Below are positions 41,461 through 55,569 of a stretch of 64,000 nucleotides of DNA, one piece after another. Position numbers and translations under genes: made by a program. This DNA comes from Octopus vulgaris. Lineage: Eukaryota. The notes beneath the pieces were generated by a model. The model ran no database searches. It saw nothing but the letters and a program-made list of their open reading frames with translations, and was not told where the DNA came from. Each line of letters opens with the position of its first letter. The first letter of the stretch is position 1. Where the stretch lies: assembly GCA_951406725.2 (NCBI GenBank), contig OX597837.1, positions 39,246,001 through 39,310,000 on the forward strand, written 5' to 3'.

Positions 41461-42152
41461 GTAAGTTATCCTTACTTTCACTTTCACCCTTCTTTTAATT
41501 CCTTACTTTCACAGCCTTTCTTACCATTGTTATGTGTAGTTTATGTGTGTGTATGTATGTATGTATATATATATAAATTAGAAAAAAACCCACCTTTTAT
41601 CAATTCAATATTATAAAGGAATAAACTACCTTGATAAAATGTGGTTTCTTTTCTAATTTATATATATATATATATTATATTAAATTAGAGATAAAACCAC
41701 TATTAGGCAAATCAAACAATGAAAAACTTAAGCCAGTTCTTAAAATTAATTAATTTATATTATTTTAAATATATATCAAAAGTATTAAAAGTTTAATAAA
41801 AGATAATGAGTAAAACACTAATAGTGGTTTTATCTCTAATTTAATATAATATAATATTTTACAATAAAATTGGATTCAATCCTAAATCTGATTTTTCCCA
41901 GTAAGTTTGGATTTATTCCCGAATATTTTATTATATATATACTACAAAATTAGAAAATGGAGAAACATACTTAAATCAATAAAACATCAACTATCAGATG
42001 ATACCCAATCAATACTTTATTACACCATTACATATCATTAAAGGCATTATACAAAATATATATATATATAATACTTTCTGAAATTTGATTTAGTAATTCT
42101 AAATTGAATTTTTCCCTGTAAGTTTGGAATAATATTCCCTCATATTATTATC

Positions 42153-42190
<38 letters not shown>

Positions 42191-42293
42191 GAGATAGGGG
42201 TTGTAGTGTAACCCTCCTATATAATTAGTTAATAAATTATATGAATTGGTATTATCTAGTAGTTGATGATTGATTAAAATATATTCCTCCATT

Positions 42294-42336
<43 letters not shown>

Positions 42337-43411
42337 TAAGGGTAGAAATCAATATTTATCAATTAAAACCAGTGGTCTAGCATATTAAAAGAATCCGAAG
42401 ATTAAATATTTATATATACCAATTAAGGACTGAACCGAAAAAGTGGACAGTCAACGTTCTAGATATAGACGTCAAATCGCCATTCTCCACAAAAGATTAT
42501 GTTCTCAGATCAAACTCAACACAAACCCAAGCAATAAACAAGTGAAAATATACGAAAAACAATACTTAATTGGTATATATATATATATATATATATATAA
42601 ATGTTTTTATGTTGAGTCATAATAAAAGCAATTTTACATTAAATTGAAGAATTACTCAATACTTTTTGTAGAGTATATATTTATTATTCTTTAACAAGAA
42701 TTAGAGTTGACAGTGACTTCGAAGTTTCAGCCAGCTTAGCCTTCATCTGATTATGATACATTTGGTATGTGTAGTTGTAGCTACTTAATTTTTTAGTTTA
42801 AGTCTCATAATTTGGATGGTAAAATTTGTGATGGCACTTAGGTGTAGAAATCAGCACATCGTTAGAAGCATGACATCATAGCTACTTAGTTTAAGTGTAC
42901 TAATTTGGAGGGACAGGGGTGATATCACTTTGGTGTAGAGGTTAGCATAGCTATATGGTTTACCGTGCAGAAGGAGCATTTGAATTTTACAGGCAGTGTG
43001 TGAGTCTGTGCATATATAGTAAGCTATAGAATATTATTCAAGCACTCCATTTTCCTGGTTTCTATGGAGCATGTGTTCCCCTCAGCTGGATGGGACACCA
43101 GTCCATCGCAGCATTACTCAAGAAACAGGAAGGAAGAGTGAGAGAAAGTTGGGTCGAAAGAGTACAACAGGGGGCGCTACCAACCCCTGCCGGAGCCTCG
43201 TGGAGCTTTAGGTGTTTTCGCTCAATAAACACACACAACACCTGGTCTGGGAATTGAAACCGCGATCATCCAACTGCGAGTCCACTGCCCTAACCACTGG
43301 GCCATTGCGCCTCCACTAGAGTAGTATATAGTAATATATAAGAGAAAAGAATGAGAATATAAAGATATCAATGATGGGGAAATATGTGTATGTAATATGC
43401 ATACATGTGTA

Positions 43412-43452
<41 letters not shown>

Positions 43453-43671
43453 CTAAACACACAAATGTGAAACAAGGTGGAAAAAAGAGTACTCAAATAC
43501 CAGTGGTAGAGTAATATGCTTTATTTAAAGGAGCAGAAAATTAAACAAAACCTGTTACTCTGAGTTTCCCGTTGCCGTTCACCGGACAGTTTTTGCTATG
43601 TTGAGAAACTGAACGGCAATGGGAAACTCAGAGTAACAGGTTTTGTTGAATTTTCTGCTGCTTTAAATAAA

Positions 43672-43703
<32 letters not shown>

Positions 43704-43707
<4 letters not shown>

Positions 43708-44253
43708 TGAGTTAAAAAGTAATGCCATTTTGTTTAGGACAGGTATAATTACCAACAGAGGAACATGTATCATACATCAGAATAAAACTGGTCCTCTGTG
43801 GATCACATCCCTACTTCTCAACATAGTCGCTGTTTCTCTCAATAGCAATGCTCCACTTTTGAATGAGAGCATGTATTCTTGCCCCATAAAATTCTGTTGA
43901 CTGTTTTTTGAGCCACTTCTTCACTACAGTTTTCACTTCCTCGTCACTGGAATGATGTTTGCCTCTTAAACCCTCTTTCATGGGTCCGAAGAGATGATAG
44001 TCCAGTGATGAAGGAAGTGAAAACTGTAGTAAAGAAGTGGCTCAAAGAACAGTCAACAGAATTTTATGGAGCAGGGATACATGCTCTCATTCGAAGATGG
44101 AACATTGCTATTGAGAGAAACGGTGACTATGTTGAGAATTAGGGATGTGATCCACAAGGGACCAATTTCATTTTGATGTATGATACATGTTCCTGTGTTG
44201 GTAATTACACCTGTCCTAAACAAAATGGCATTACTTTTTGATTCACCCTCATA
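43704..44253. mobile_element. Palindromic mariner-derived MITE made of two inverted 3' ends
   Basis: Arms 43706-43951 and 44001-44250 are reverse complements, each encoding EVKTVVKKWLK.QSTEFY...IHALI..W.IAIERN.DYVE*; TA flanks. Confidence 0.85.
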
Positions 44254-47189
44254 TAGTAGATATTTAATTATTCTCTTTAATTAGACGCTTTCGTTACTGA
44301 ACCGAAGACAAAGTTCCAATTTCTTGTCAAACCCTCTTCACATCAGTCTACTTTGGCTCCTAATTATTTTTCATTGGAATAGGCATGAACATCACAGCAT
44401 CTGATTCCTTTCAATGCTCTCCTGCCCCCTCCATACACATACACAAGGTAATACGAGAACTGCAGCATAGTTACTTGACTTACAAGAAATAACAGCCAAA
44501 TATCTCGCAAACCATACCAAACTGTCTGGGGAAAGAATAAGGATTTTTTTCCTTTGTTTTTTTTTTTGTTTTTTTTTATGATTTTCTCCTAGTGTAGGGG
44601 ACGACATGCTTAAAGATTGGTGGAATTGTTAGCACATCGGACAAAATGCTTAGTAGCATTTCTTACAGCTCTTTATGTCCTGAGTTCAAATTCCACCAAG
44701 TTTTGATTTTGCCTTTCATCCTTTTCAAGCTCAATAAGATATGTACCATTATAGCATTGGAGTTGATGTAATTGACTAGGTCCCGCAAAATTTCAGGCTT
44801 TCCTCCTATAGTAGAATTATTATTATTATTATTAAGGCAGTGAGGTGGCAAAATTGTTAGCACACCAGGCAACATACTTAGCAGTATTTCATCTACCTTT
44901 GCGTTCTGAGTTCAAATTCTGCTGAGGTCGACTTTGCCATTTATCCTTTTGGAATCGATAAATTAAGTACCAGTGAAACACTGGGATCAATGTAATCAAC
45001 TGGTCCTCTCCCCCCAAAATTTCAGGCCTTGTGCCTTTAGTAGAAAGGGTTAGGCAAATAGCTGGCAGTCATGTTAGCATGCCCGGTGAAATGCTTAGCG
45101 GTATTATGTCTGCTATTATGTTCTGAGTTCAAATTCCACCGAGGTCGACTTTGCCTTTCATCTTTCCAGGTTCATCATCATCATCATCGTTTAACGTCCG
45201 TTTTCCATGCTTGTATAGGTTGGACCATTCGACCGGGGTTAGGAAGCCAGGAGGCTGCACCAGGCTCCAGTCTGATCTGGCAGTGTTTCTACAGCTTGAT
45301 GCCCTTCCTAACGCCAACCATTCTGTGAGTGTAGTGGGTGCTTTTTACGTACCACATGCACAGAGTCCAGAGGAGGCTGGCAATGTCCACGATCGGTTGG
45401 TGCTTTTTACATACAACCGGCATGGAAGCCAGTCAAGGTGGTGCTGGCATCGGCAATAAATTAAAAACCAGTTTCTCCTGTGCAGATACGTGTGCATAGG
45501 ACAATTAAATTATTGCACAGGGGTTCCTTGAGCCAGGGAAATGTTTTCTTGGGGTTCCGCTCCAGCAAAAAGTTTGAAAAGCACTGATTTAGGGGTTAAT
45601 ATAATATAGTTCCAGTTGAGCGCTGGAGCCAGAGGCATTGACTTAAATCTCTCCACCAAAGTTGCTGGCCTTGTGCCAGACTTTTGAAAACCTCTCACCA
45701 AAAGCACACCATACTTATTAAGCAAAGTGTTCCAACCATTTATTCCAGACATGTGTATTAGACTATGTTACCTATAACGATGATGATGATGGTGACGACA
45801 AAGATGTTGCCGCTGACAATTTGCGACTGATTGATCAATTGAATAAAACGACGACTCTTAATGACTTAATTACAAAGGTGGCGGTGAGAGAGGTGGCGGG
45901 GAGGGGGGACACACTTGGTTAATTGCCTGCTGTCGTCCTATCCTAGATATTATTACCAATCATTATAATTAGTACCCTGTAGTGGATGGTGGTGGCGGCG
46001 GCGGTGGTGGTGAATGGGGGGGGCGGGCGGGAGGATGAAGAGCGACGAAGACTCTTCTAAGTTGTGTAATGAGACAAGAATGATGGAGGGGGGGGCATGG
46101 ATGGGTGATCGTGCGGAATGTGTGGGTGGGTGGGTGGGTGGGGAGAGTTAGGGGGGGTGAGGGCGGACGTTCATTAAACTTTAATCTGGGTTGTAGAGGT
46201 CAGGATGGGTGGGGGAGAGGGAAGTGGGGGGGGTCGTATTTGTAGTTGAGAGAGGAGGCGGTGGCGGTAACGTCTAGACATGTAGGGGTGGTGTTGGCGT
46301 TGGTGATAGTAGCAGTGGTGGTGGTTGTGGTGGTTGCAGTGGTAGTGTTAATGGTCATTCATCAAAGTAAACTGCCTGAGAAAAGGGAATAAGTGTAAGG
46401 AAGGTGGGGTGGGCGAGAGTGGATTGGGGGCTCGGGTTTGGTGGGGTGGGGGGATGAGTATATTAGCCAGTGGTCATTCATTAGACAACTGCTTAGAACC
46501 ATGAAGTTGGCAAGCAAACTTCTTACTATTAATTTTTCTAAGGACACTGAAAAATGGGGTCACACACATGACTCTCCCTTCTCTGACAAAGCAAAAAGGG
46601 GATTTTAAAAAAAACCCAACAATGTCCTGGTCTATCAGACATGATAAAAAAACCTTTCCTGCCATGACTATCCTATCATTGTTTCTCTTTCTGATTTTCA
46701 AATCATCATTTTCATTTAACATCTATTTTCCATGCTGGAGCACCACCTTTAGCTGAGCAAATCAACCCCAGGACTTATTATTTGTAAGCTTAGTACTTAT
46801 TCTATCGGTCTATTTTGCCAAACCGCTAAGTTACAGGGACGTAAACATACGACCATCGATCGTCAAATGATGTTGGGGGGACAAACACAGACATACAAAC
46901 ATATACCCACACACATATACATATATACGATGGGCTTCCTTCAGTTTCCGTCTACAAAATCCACTCACAAGGCTTTGGTCGACCCGAGGCGGTAGTAGAA
47001 GACACTTGCCCAAGGTGCCACGCAGTGGGACTGAACCCGGAACCATGTGGTTGGTAAGCAAGGTACTTACCATGCCCATTTATATAAAAAGTCTGTTTTT
47101 ACATTAAGTGTGGTTTGAGAGAGATTTGGCTACTATTTCTAAAAAGTTGGTAACGTATATTGTCAACACAATAATAAATTGATTCTAAA

Positions 47190-48557
47190 TTTACCTCTTT
47201 GTAAGTTGAATGTAAGTTTGTCATTGTTAGCAGGTGAGGTTGAATTCAAAATTGTCATTGCTAAAATCTTGATTCAAATTTGTCATCACTTAAATATATG
47301 TTGACTTTAAGCTTGTCATCATCTCAGTGTATACAGAGATGATTACGCTGTCATCATTACACCAAAAAAAAAGTTACCTAAGTTTGTCATCATGCCAATA
47401 CATGATGAATTAAGTCTTGTCATCACTGCAGTGCTAGTTGCCTCTAAATTTGTCATCATGGCTTATAAATGTTAAGTCTCTACTTGTCATCACTGTAAGA
47501 TTAGTCGAATCTGAACTTGTCATCACTTAAATATATGTTGACTTTAAGCTTGTCATCATCTCAGCGTATACTAAAGTCCACTGTCATCACAACAAAAAAA
47601 AGGTCAAATCTTTGTCATCATCCCAATACATGTTGAATTAAGTCTTGTCATCACTGCAGTGCTAGTTGCCTCTAAATTTGTCATCATGGCTTATAAATGT
47701 TAAGTCTCTGCTTGTCATTACAATAAGATAAGTTGAGTCTAAGTTTGTCATCACAACTGTACAAGAATCGAATTTAAGTTTGTCATGGTTTTTATATGTC
47801 AAATATCGGTTTGTCATTACATAAATAGTTCTCACAAAGTTTGTCATCACAGTAATAAATCAACTCTAAATTTGTCATCACAGTAATAAATCAACTCTAA
47901 ATTTCTCATCACAGCTTAGACATGTTAAATCTCAGCTTATCATGGCAATAATACAGATTAAGTCAAAGTTTGTCTTTAATGAAATATGTGTTGCATTTAT
48001 CAACACACCAATACAAATCTGACCCTTTTTTTTTTAATCGTCAGAGCAATAGTACAAATTGAATCTAATTTTTGTCATCATGGTTTATAAGTGTAAAATC
48101 TCAGCTTGTCATCACAGTAATTTACATCGAATCTCAGTTCGTCATCACTGGTTGCCTCTAAATTTGCCACCACAGCTTGTATACATTAAATCTCAGTTTG
48201 TCATCACAGTAGCAGAGATTAATCTAAGGTTGTCATCACAGCAATACAAATTGTTTCTAAATTTCGTTTTCATCACAATAATAATATAAATTGAATCTTT
48301 GTCATCATTGCAGTAATATAAGTTGATAGTAGTCCACCTCTAAATTTGTCATCACAGCTTATATACATTAAATCTCAGTTTGTCATCACGGTAATGCATG
48401 TTAAATCTCAGTTTGTCATCACAAAAATTTAACTTTGTCATCACAGCAATAGAAGTTGATCCTAATTTTTTTTTTGTCATCACAATAATAATACAAATTA
48501 AATCTAACTGGGTCATCATCACGGCAATATAAGTTAAATCTTGGCTCATCATTACAG

Positions 48558-48596
<39 letters not shown>

Positions 48597-48750
48597 TAAA
48601 ACATAATATCATGAATAGCGATTGTGAAACCGGTCGATATATTAAAAATTATATTAAAACTATGTAAGTGTGCTTATTTTCCTTTTTTAATTTCTTATAT
48701 ACATTACAATTCACCACGTGGGGATAATCGAAATTCCTCCTTTCTGTTAC

Positions 48751-48789
<39 letters not shown>

Positions 48790-49190
48790 AACTTTAATTT
48801 TGTCAACACAGCAATACATATTAATCCCACTTTTTTGTCATCCTGGCTTATAAATGTTAAATCTCAGCTTGTCACCATGGTAATATAGATTAAACCTAAG
48901 TTTATCATCACAGCAATATATGTAAGATATAACTCTGTTATCACAGTAACACAAATCGATTCTAAATTTTTTGTCATCACATTGATAATATAAATTGAAC
49001 CTAACTTGACACAGTATTATGCCAATTCTAAATTTGTCATCATGGCTTATGAATGTTAAAATCTCAGCTTGTCATCACAGTAATATAAGTTGTTGAATCT
49101 TATATTACTGTCATCACAGCAATATGTACCAACTCTAAAATTTGTCATCATGGCAGTACAAGAGTTAAATGTAAAGATGTCTTCGCAGTA
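47190..49190. repeat. Degenerate ~30-35 bp satellite with TTGTCATCAC core
   Basis: Dozens of tgtcatca(c/t) cores at regular spacing; interrupted by a (TA)n-flanked insert at about 48560-48785. Confidence 0.85.
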
Positions 49191-49231
49191 ATGTTAACAT
49201 TCTGTGTTGGTCTGTGTTTTTCTAATTTCAG

Positions 49232-49258
49232 GCTTTATTTTCAGCTATTACTCATCTG
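49232..49258 (+). CDS. Candidate 27-nt phase-1/1 micro-exon of the EGF-ligand gene (GFIFSYYSS)
   Basis: ttttctaatttcag acceptor and G|gtgaga donor; frame-preserving after exon 3; unique sequence at the end of a satellite. No homology support. Confidence 0.45.
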
Positions 49259-49811
49259 GTGAGATGGGATTCCTTCAAATGCGCCAACCTGCCCAACCCC
49301 TAAATCTCTCTCTCTCTCTCTCTCTCCTTATCTCTTTATCCAATTATCTCTCTGCTAATCCAAATTAGGATATCAAGCTTCTATTATCATTTCCTCCTAT
49401 ATTTTCTTTTTTCCTCAGTGGGTCAAGAAGGGAGTGGGGTGAGGCGGGTGAGAAGTCCTGCAGATGTTGTTTAGCCCCGGGTCGGCTTCGATCAAGCAGA
49501 CTTTACGATGACAAGCTTTCAAGCTGTGACCATCCTATCTTATTTCCACTAAGCCTTAAATGACAGGAAAAGATTGCATGATTGTGTGTGTGCCAAATAA
49601 GCAAAAAAATAGATCTTATTTTTATACTTATTTTCACTTTGAATTAGTACAAAAACTATTATAATTGTTAGTCTCTTGCACCGTAAAATTTACAATCTCA
49701 TTATTAGAAAGTGCCCTTAAAATATTGACTTTCCTTTGTTGACAGCCATATTCATAAGCATGTCTGCTGTTCTCTAATGAAACCTCAGTTGATATCTGCT
49801 GTTTAAGGGTT

Positions 49812-50210
49812 AAGCTCAGTACCCAAGGACTAGATGTTAGTGTTAAACGGGGTATCCAAGGACCAGCTGTTGATGTTAAACTGGGCACCCAAGGACCAGG
49901 TGTTAGTTTTAAACTGGGCACCCAATGACCAGATGTTGGGTTTAAACTGGGCACCCAATGACCAGATGTCGGGTTTAAACTGGGCACCCAATGACCAGAT
50001 GTCGGGTTTAAACTGGGCACCCAATGACCAACTGTTTGTTTGAAACTGGGTACCCAAAGACCAAGTGTTGGTTTTAAACTGGGCACCCAAGGACGAGGTG
50101 TTAGTTTTAAACTGGGCCCCACCCAAGGACCAAGTGTTGGTTTTAAACTGGGCGCCCAGTGACCAGGTGTTGGTTTTAAACTAGATATCCAAGGACCAGC
50201 AGCTGGTGTT
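49812..50210. repeat. 33-bp minisatellite (aaactgggcacccaatgaccagatgttgggttt) between two MITE-like direct repeats
   Basis: About 12 units; explains the 11-aa repeats in spurious ORFs. Confidence 0.9.
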
Positions 50211-50496
50211 AACCCTTAAACAGTGAGAAAGAGTTGTATGAATGTGTGTGCCAAATGGACAAAAACCAAAAACATACCTCTTTTTTTTTCTTGGGGGTAA
50301 GTTTGGTATTTATTTTAATTTTAAACAAGTACAAAAACTACAATAATTGTTAGTTTTTTTTGTACAATAAAATTCACAATCTCATTATCAAAAAGTGCTG
50401 TAAAATATTCACTTTACTTTGATAATGGCTGTATCCATGTAACATTTTTGCAATATCAGTTGATGACGTCTACTGTTCTCTGATGACACGTACTCA

Positions 50497-50920
50497 TTAT
50501 AGATATTAGTTTACTGGTTCATGTGACCCCTATTTATTTTAAAGGTAGTATGCGTGGGGAAGGGGTCATTAATGATGTATCTATTATAGATATTTATTTA
50601 CTAGTTCCTGTAACCCCTATTTTAAAGGTGGCATGAATGGGGGAGGGATCATTAATGACATAATACCTATGATAGATATTTATTTACTGGTTCATGTGAC
50701 CCCTATTTATTTTAAAGGTAGTATGAGTGGGGGGTCATTAACGATGTATCTATTATAGATATTTATTTACTAGTTCCTGTGACCCCTATTTTAAAGGTGG
50801 CATGAGTGGCGGGGTGTCAATAATGATGTAATACTTATGATAGATATTTATATACCGGTTCATGTGGCCCCTTTTTTAAAGGCAGCATGAGTGGGATTAT
50901 TGATATGTGATACCTCTTAT
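50497..50920. repeat. ~85-bp tandem repeat, about 5 copies
   Basis: Recurring atagatatttatttactggttcatgtgacccctatt...ttaaagg. Confidence 0.8.
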
Positions 50921-52524
50921 AAAGATAGTAGATGGTATGAGGGGATTTGGAGATTTATTAATTGTGATTGGGCTGTTGAATTCATTATTATCATGAAGCC
51001 CTGAACATTGTTCTCGAGTTCTTGGACTCATGGGGCCAGTTGCCCAGTTTTCATTGTATGTAAATGACGAAGATCACAACACTCCCCCTCAACAAAATAC
51101 TAGACCACCACAAGGTTACCCGTTTACAGTTGGGTGGGCTGGAACTACACGAATTGAAAAGACCAGGGGGTAATGAGGGAGAGACAGTGATGGGAGCTAT
51201 ATTTACTTGTAAGGAAGGGAGCAAGCAATGAATACTAAAAGGCTTACTGTTCTACTGCCTTACACAATTACTTTTAAATCAGTTTGGATACCTACCATAG
51301 GAGATATGGGCTGCTACATAGAGCAGAACTTGTGGCCAGTCCATTGCAGCGTTACTCAAGAAACAGGAAGAAAGAGTGAGAGAAAGTTAGGTCAAAAGAG
51401 TACAACAGGGGTCACCACCACCCCCTGCCAGAGTCTCGTGGAGCTTTTTAGATGTTTTTGCTCAATAAACACACACAACGCTTGCTCTGGGAATTGAAAC
51501 TGCGATCCTCCGACCGCGAGTCCGCTGCCCTAACCACTGGGCCATTGTGCCTCTGAATGTTTGATTAGTACATTTGAACTGATAATAACATTGCATTTAT
51601 ACATATCTCTGCGTATCGCAACCACCCGGTAATAGTAGATATTTTGTCAAAGGAAATTTGCCCTGCGACATTGAGTAGGACAAATGACTGTTCAGAAGCT
51701 TCCTGGCTGACCCCTAATCCCTTTTCATAAGACGGCGGATATTTTGTGAAAGGAAATTTGAGTTGCTTCATCAAAACAGGTCAACGCTTATTAGGAATGC
51801 CCCGTCACAAGTTCATATGTCCCCTATTCTTTAGGCATTTATTGAGGAAGATTTGGCTATCGCATTGAGCTGACTGAATGCCTACAAAGCCCTTTCCTTG
51901 GCTTCTCAGCTCTTCCATAAGTATCTACAGGCGAGCAAGCAAGCAAATGCATATTCTGCGAAATATTTCGACCATTTTGCTCAATATTTGCTTTGTATTT
52001 TATATTTTATATTTTAATGCTTTTTATTTTTTTTTATTTTTGATTTTCTGTCTTTTTTGTTTTTTGTTTTGTTCAATTTTTATTCTTAAATTTCTTTATT
52101 ATGTATTCAATATGTGGAAAAATGCTTTTAATTACTATGTATGGAAAGCAAATGTTTAAATGTTAACGACTATTACTACGTGTACTAATTATTACTGTTA
52201 GTATTAATAATAATGGTAAATAATGGTAATAGTGATGTTTTTTCTATTGGCACAGAGTCTGAAATTTAAACGAAGTTAGTTAATTAAATTGACCCTTTTC
52301 TCAACTTTGGGGAGATAAAATACAAAGTTGACCTCAGCAAGATTTGAACCGAAAGATCTAAAAACCCAAAACAATCACCCAAAACATTTTATCAATGCTC
52401 TAACATCACCTTTATAATTATAGTAATAATGATCCTTTCTGACCTAGGTACAAGGCTTGAAATGTTAGGGGAGGGGGTGAGTCAATCATATCAACACCAA
52501 TGCTTGACTGCTACTTAATAGATT

Positions 52525-52900
52525 GACCCTCATAAGATGAAAGGCAAAAATTGACCCCGAAAGGATAAAAGGCAAACTCAGCTCTGAAAAAGATAGAAGG
52601 CAAAAATCGACCCCAAAAGGATAAAAGGCAAAAATTGACCTGAAAAGGATAAAAGGTGAAAATCAACCCTGAAAGGATGAAAGGCAAATTTGACCCTCAA
52701 AAGAATGAGAGGCAAAATTGACCCCGAAAGAATGAAAGGCAAAATTGACCCCGAAAGGATGAAAGGCAAAATTGACCCCGAAAGGATAAAAGGCAAAATT
52801 GACCCCGAAAGGATAAAAGGCAAAATTGACCCCGAAAGGATAAAACACAAAAATTGACCCCAAAACGATGAAAGGCAAAAATTGACCCCGAAAGGATAAA
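52525..52900. repeat. 27-bp minisatellite derived from the SINE B body
   Basis: Unit attgaccccgaaaggataaaaggcaaa, about 13 copies. Confidence 0.9.
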
Positions 52901-53269
52901 AGGGAATGGGAGGAGAATAGTCAATCACATCGACCCCAGTGCGTAACTGGTATTTAATTTATCGACCCTGGAAGGATGAAAGGCAAAGTCAACCATGGCA
53001 GAATTTGAACTAAGAACATGAAAACAAATGTAATGTTGCTAAGCATTTTTCTTTGTGTACCAGTAATTCTACCAGTTTGCTGCCTTAATAATAATAATCA
53101 TAACAACAACCCTTTCTGCTATAGGGACATGGTCTGAAATTTTGGCGGGAGGAGACCAGTTGATTACACTGACCCCAGTGTTTCACTGATATTTATTTTA
53201 TCGACCCCAAACAGAAGAAAGGTAAAAGTCGACCTTGGCAGAATTTGAACTCAGAACATAAAGACAGAT

Positions 53270-54010
53270 GAAATATCTATTTCCTTACTACCCACAAGGG
53301 GCTAAACACAGAGGGGACAATCAAGGACAGAGACAGGTATTAAGTCGATTACATCGACCCCAGTGCGTAACTGGTACTTAATTTATCGACCCCGAAAGGA
53401 TGAAAGGCAAAGTCGACCTCGGTGGAATTTGAACTCAGAACGTAACGACAGACGAAATATCTATTTCTTTACTACCCACAAGGGGCTAAACACAGAGGGG
53501 ACAAACAAGGACAGACATAGGTATTAATTCGATTACATCGACCCCAGTGCGTAACTGGTACTTAATTTATCGACCCCGAAAGGATGAAAGGCAAAGTCGA
53601 CCTCGGTGGAATTTGAACTCAGAACGTAACGACAGACGAAATATCTATTTCTTTACTACCCACAAGGGGCTAAACACAGAGGGGACAAACAAGGACAGAC
53701 ATAGGTATTAATTCGATTACATCGACCCCAGTGCGTAACTGGTACTTAATTTATCGACCCCGAAAGGATGAAAGGCAAAGTCGACCTCGGTGGAATTTGA
53801 ACTCAGAATGTAGCGACAGACGAAATATCTATTTCTTTACTACCCACAAGGGGCTAAACACAGAGGGGACAAACAAGGACAGACATAGGTATTAATTCGA
53901 TTACATCGACCCCAGTGCGTAACTGGTACTTAATTTATCGTCCCCGAAAGGATGAAAGGCAAAGTTGACCTTGGCGGAATTTGAACTCACAATGTAACGG
54001 CAGACGAAAT
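53270..54010 (-). repeat. Four near-identical ~180-bp tandem copies of SINE B 3' part
   Basis: Repeating gaaatatctatttctttactacccacaagg...gaactcagaacgtaacgacagac. Confidence 0.9.
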
Positions 54011-54196
54011 ACCAATAAGCGTTTTGCCTGGCTAGTAACTCTGCTGGTTCACTGCTTTAATGATAATGATAATTTTTTTTTTTCTAATTATTGCTTTCTA
54101 ATTTGTTCTTATTTCATACATGTATTCAATGTATAGAGACAGACGATTGTGTCTGGAAGGCAGATGTTTCGATGTCAAGGTCTGTTCGTAGTTGTA

Positions 54197-54230
<34 letters not shown>

Positions 54231-54773
54231 TAGTAATAATAATTTCTAATTTAGTTACGAAGTCTGAGATTCTGACTAGACTGGTACTTAATTGACCTAA
54301 AATTTGAAAGCAGAACATAGATGGGCAAAGTGCTTAGCGGCATTTTGCCCAGCATGGTGGTAATAATAATAATAATCATCATCATCATCATCATCTAACG
54401 TCCGTTCTCCATGCTAGCATGGGTTGGACGGTTCGACTGGGGATCTGGGAAGCCAGAAGGCTGCACCAGGCTCCGGTCTTATCTGGCAATGTTTCTACAG
54501 CTGGATGCCCTTCCTAACGCCAACCACTCCGTGAGTGTAGTGGGTGCTTTTTACGTGCCACCTGCACAGGTGCCAGGCGAGGCTGGCATCGGCCACGGTC
54601 GGATTGGTGCATTTTACGTGCCACCGGCACAGAAGCCAGTCGAGGCGGCACTGGCTTCGGCCACGATTCGGATGGTGCTGGTGCTTTTTACGTGCCACCG
54701 ACACGGAAGCCAGTCGAGGCGGCACTGGCTTTGGCCACGATTCGGATGGTGCTTTTTACGTGCTACCAACACA

Positions 54774-54864
54774 TAATAATAATAATAATAGAAATAATAA
54801 TAATAATAATAATAGAAATAATAATAATAATAATAATAATAATAGTAATAATAATAATAATAGA

Positions 54865-54922
<58 letters not shown>

Positions 54923-54999
54923 GAAATAATAATAATAATAATAATAGAAATAATAATAATAATAATAGAAATAATAATAATAATAATAATAATAATAGA

Positions 55000-55081
<82 letters not shown>

Positions 55082-55174
55082 GAAATAATAATAATAATAA
55101 TAATAATAATAGAAATAATAATAAATAATAGAAATAATAATAATAATAATAGAAATAATAATAATAATAATAGA

Positions 55175-55208
<34 letters not shown>

Positions 55209-55333
55209 GTAATAATAATAATAATAGAAATAATAATAATAATAATAGAAATAATAATAGTAATAATAATAGAAATAATAATAATAGTAATAATAATAAT
55301 AGTAATAATAATAATAATAGAAATAATAATAAT
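54774..55333. repeat. (AAT)n array with periodic AGA variants
   Basis: About 560 bp trinucleotide repeat. Confidence 0.95.
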
Positions 55334-55569
55334 TAGGTTAATCCTTTATACCATAGGCACAAGGCCTGAAATTTGGTGGGAGTGGGGGATAAATTATATT
55401 GACCCCAGTATTCAACTGGTACGTATTTCATTGACCCTGAAATGATGCCAACCTTGGCAGAATTTAAACTCTGCTAAGAATTTTGCCCTACATGCTAATG
55501 GTTCTGTTAGCTCACTGCTTATAATAATAATCAATAATAATAATAATAATAATCAATAATAATCATAAT

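Noticed and set aside
49812-50210. Regular 33-bp repeats resembling a CRISPR array
   Set aside because: Contiguous tandem units with no unique spacers or cas genes; eukaryotic context.
54544-55336. Poly-Asn / poly-Ile ORFs
   Set aside because: (AAT)n array.
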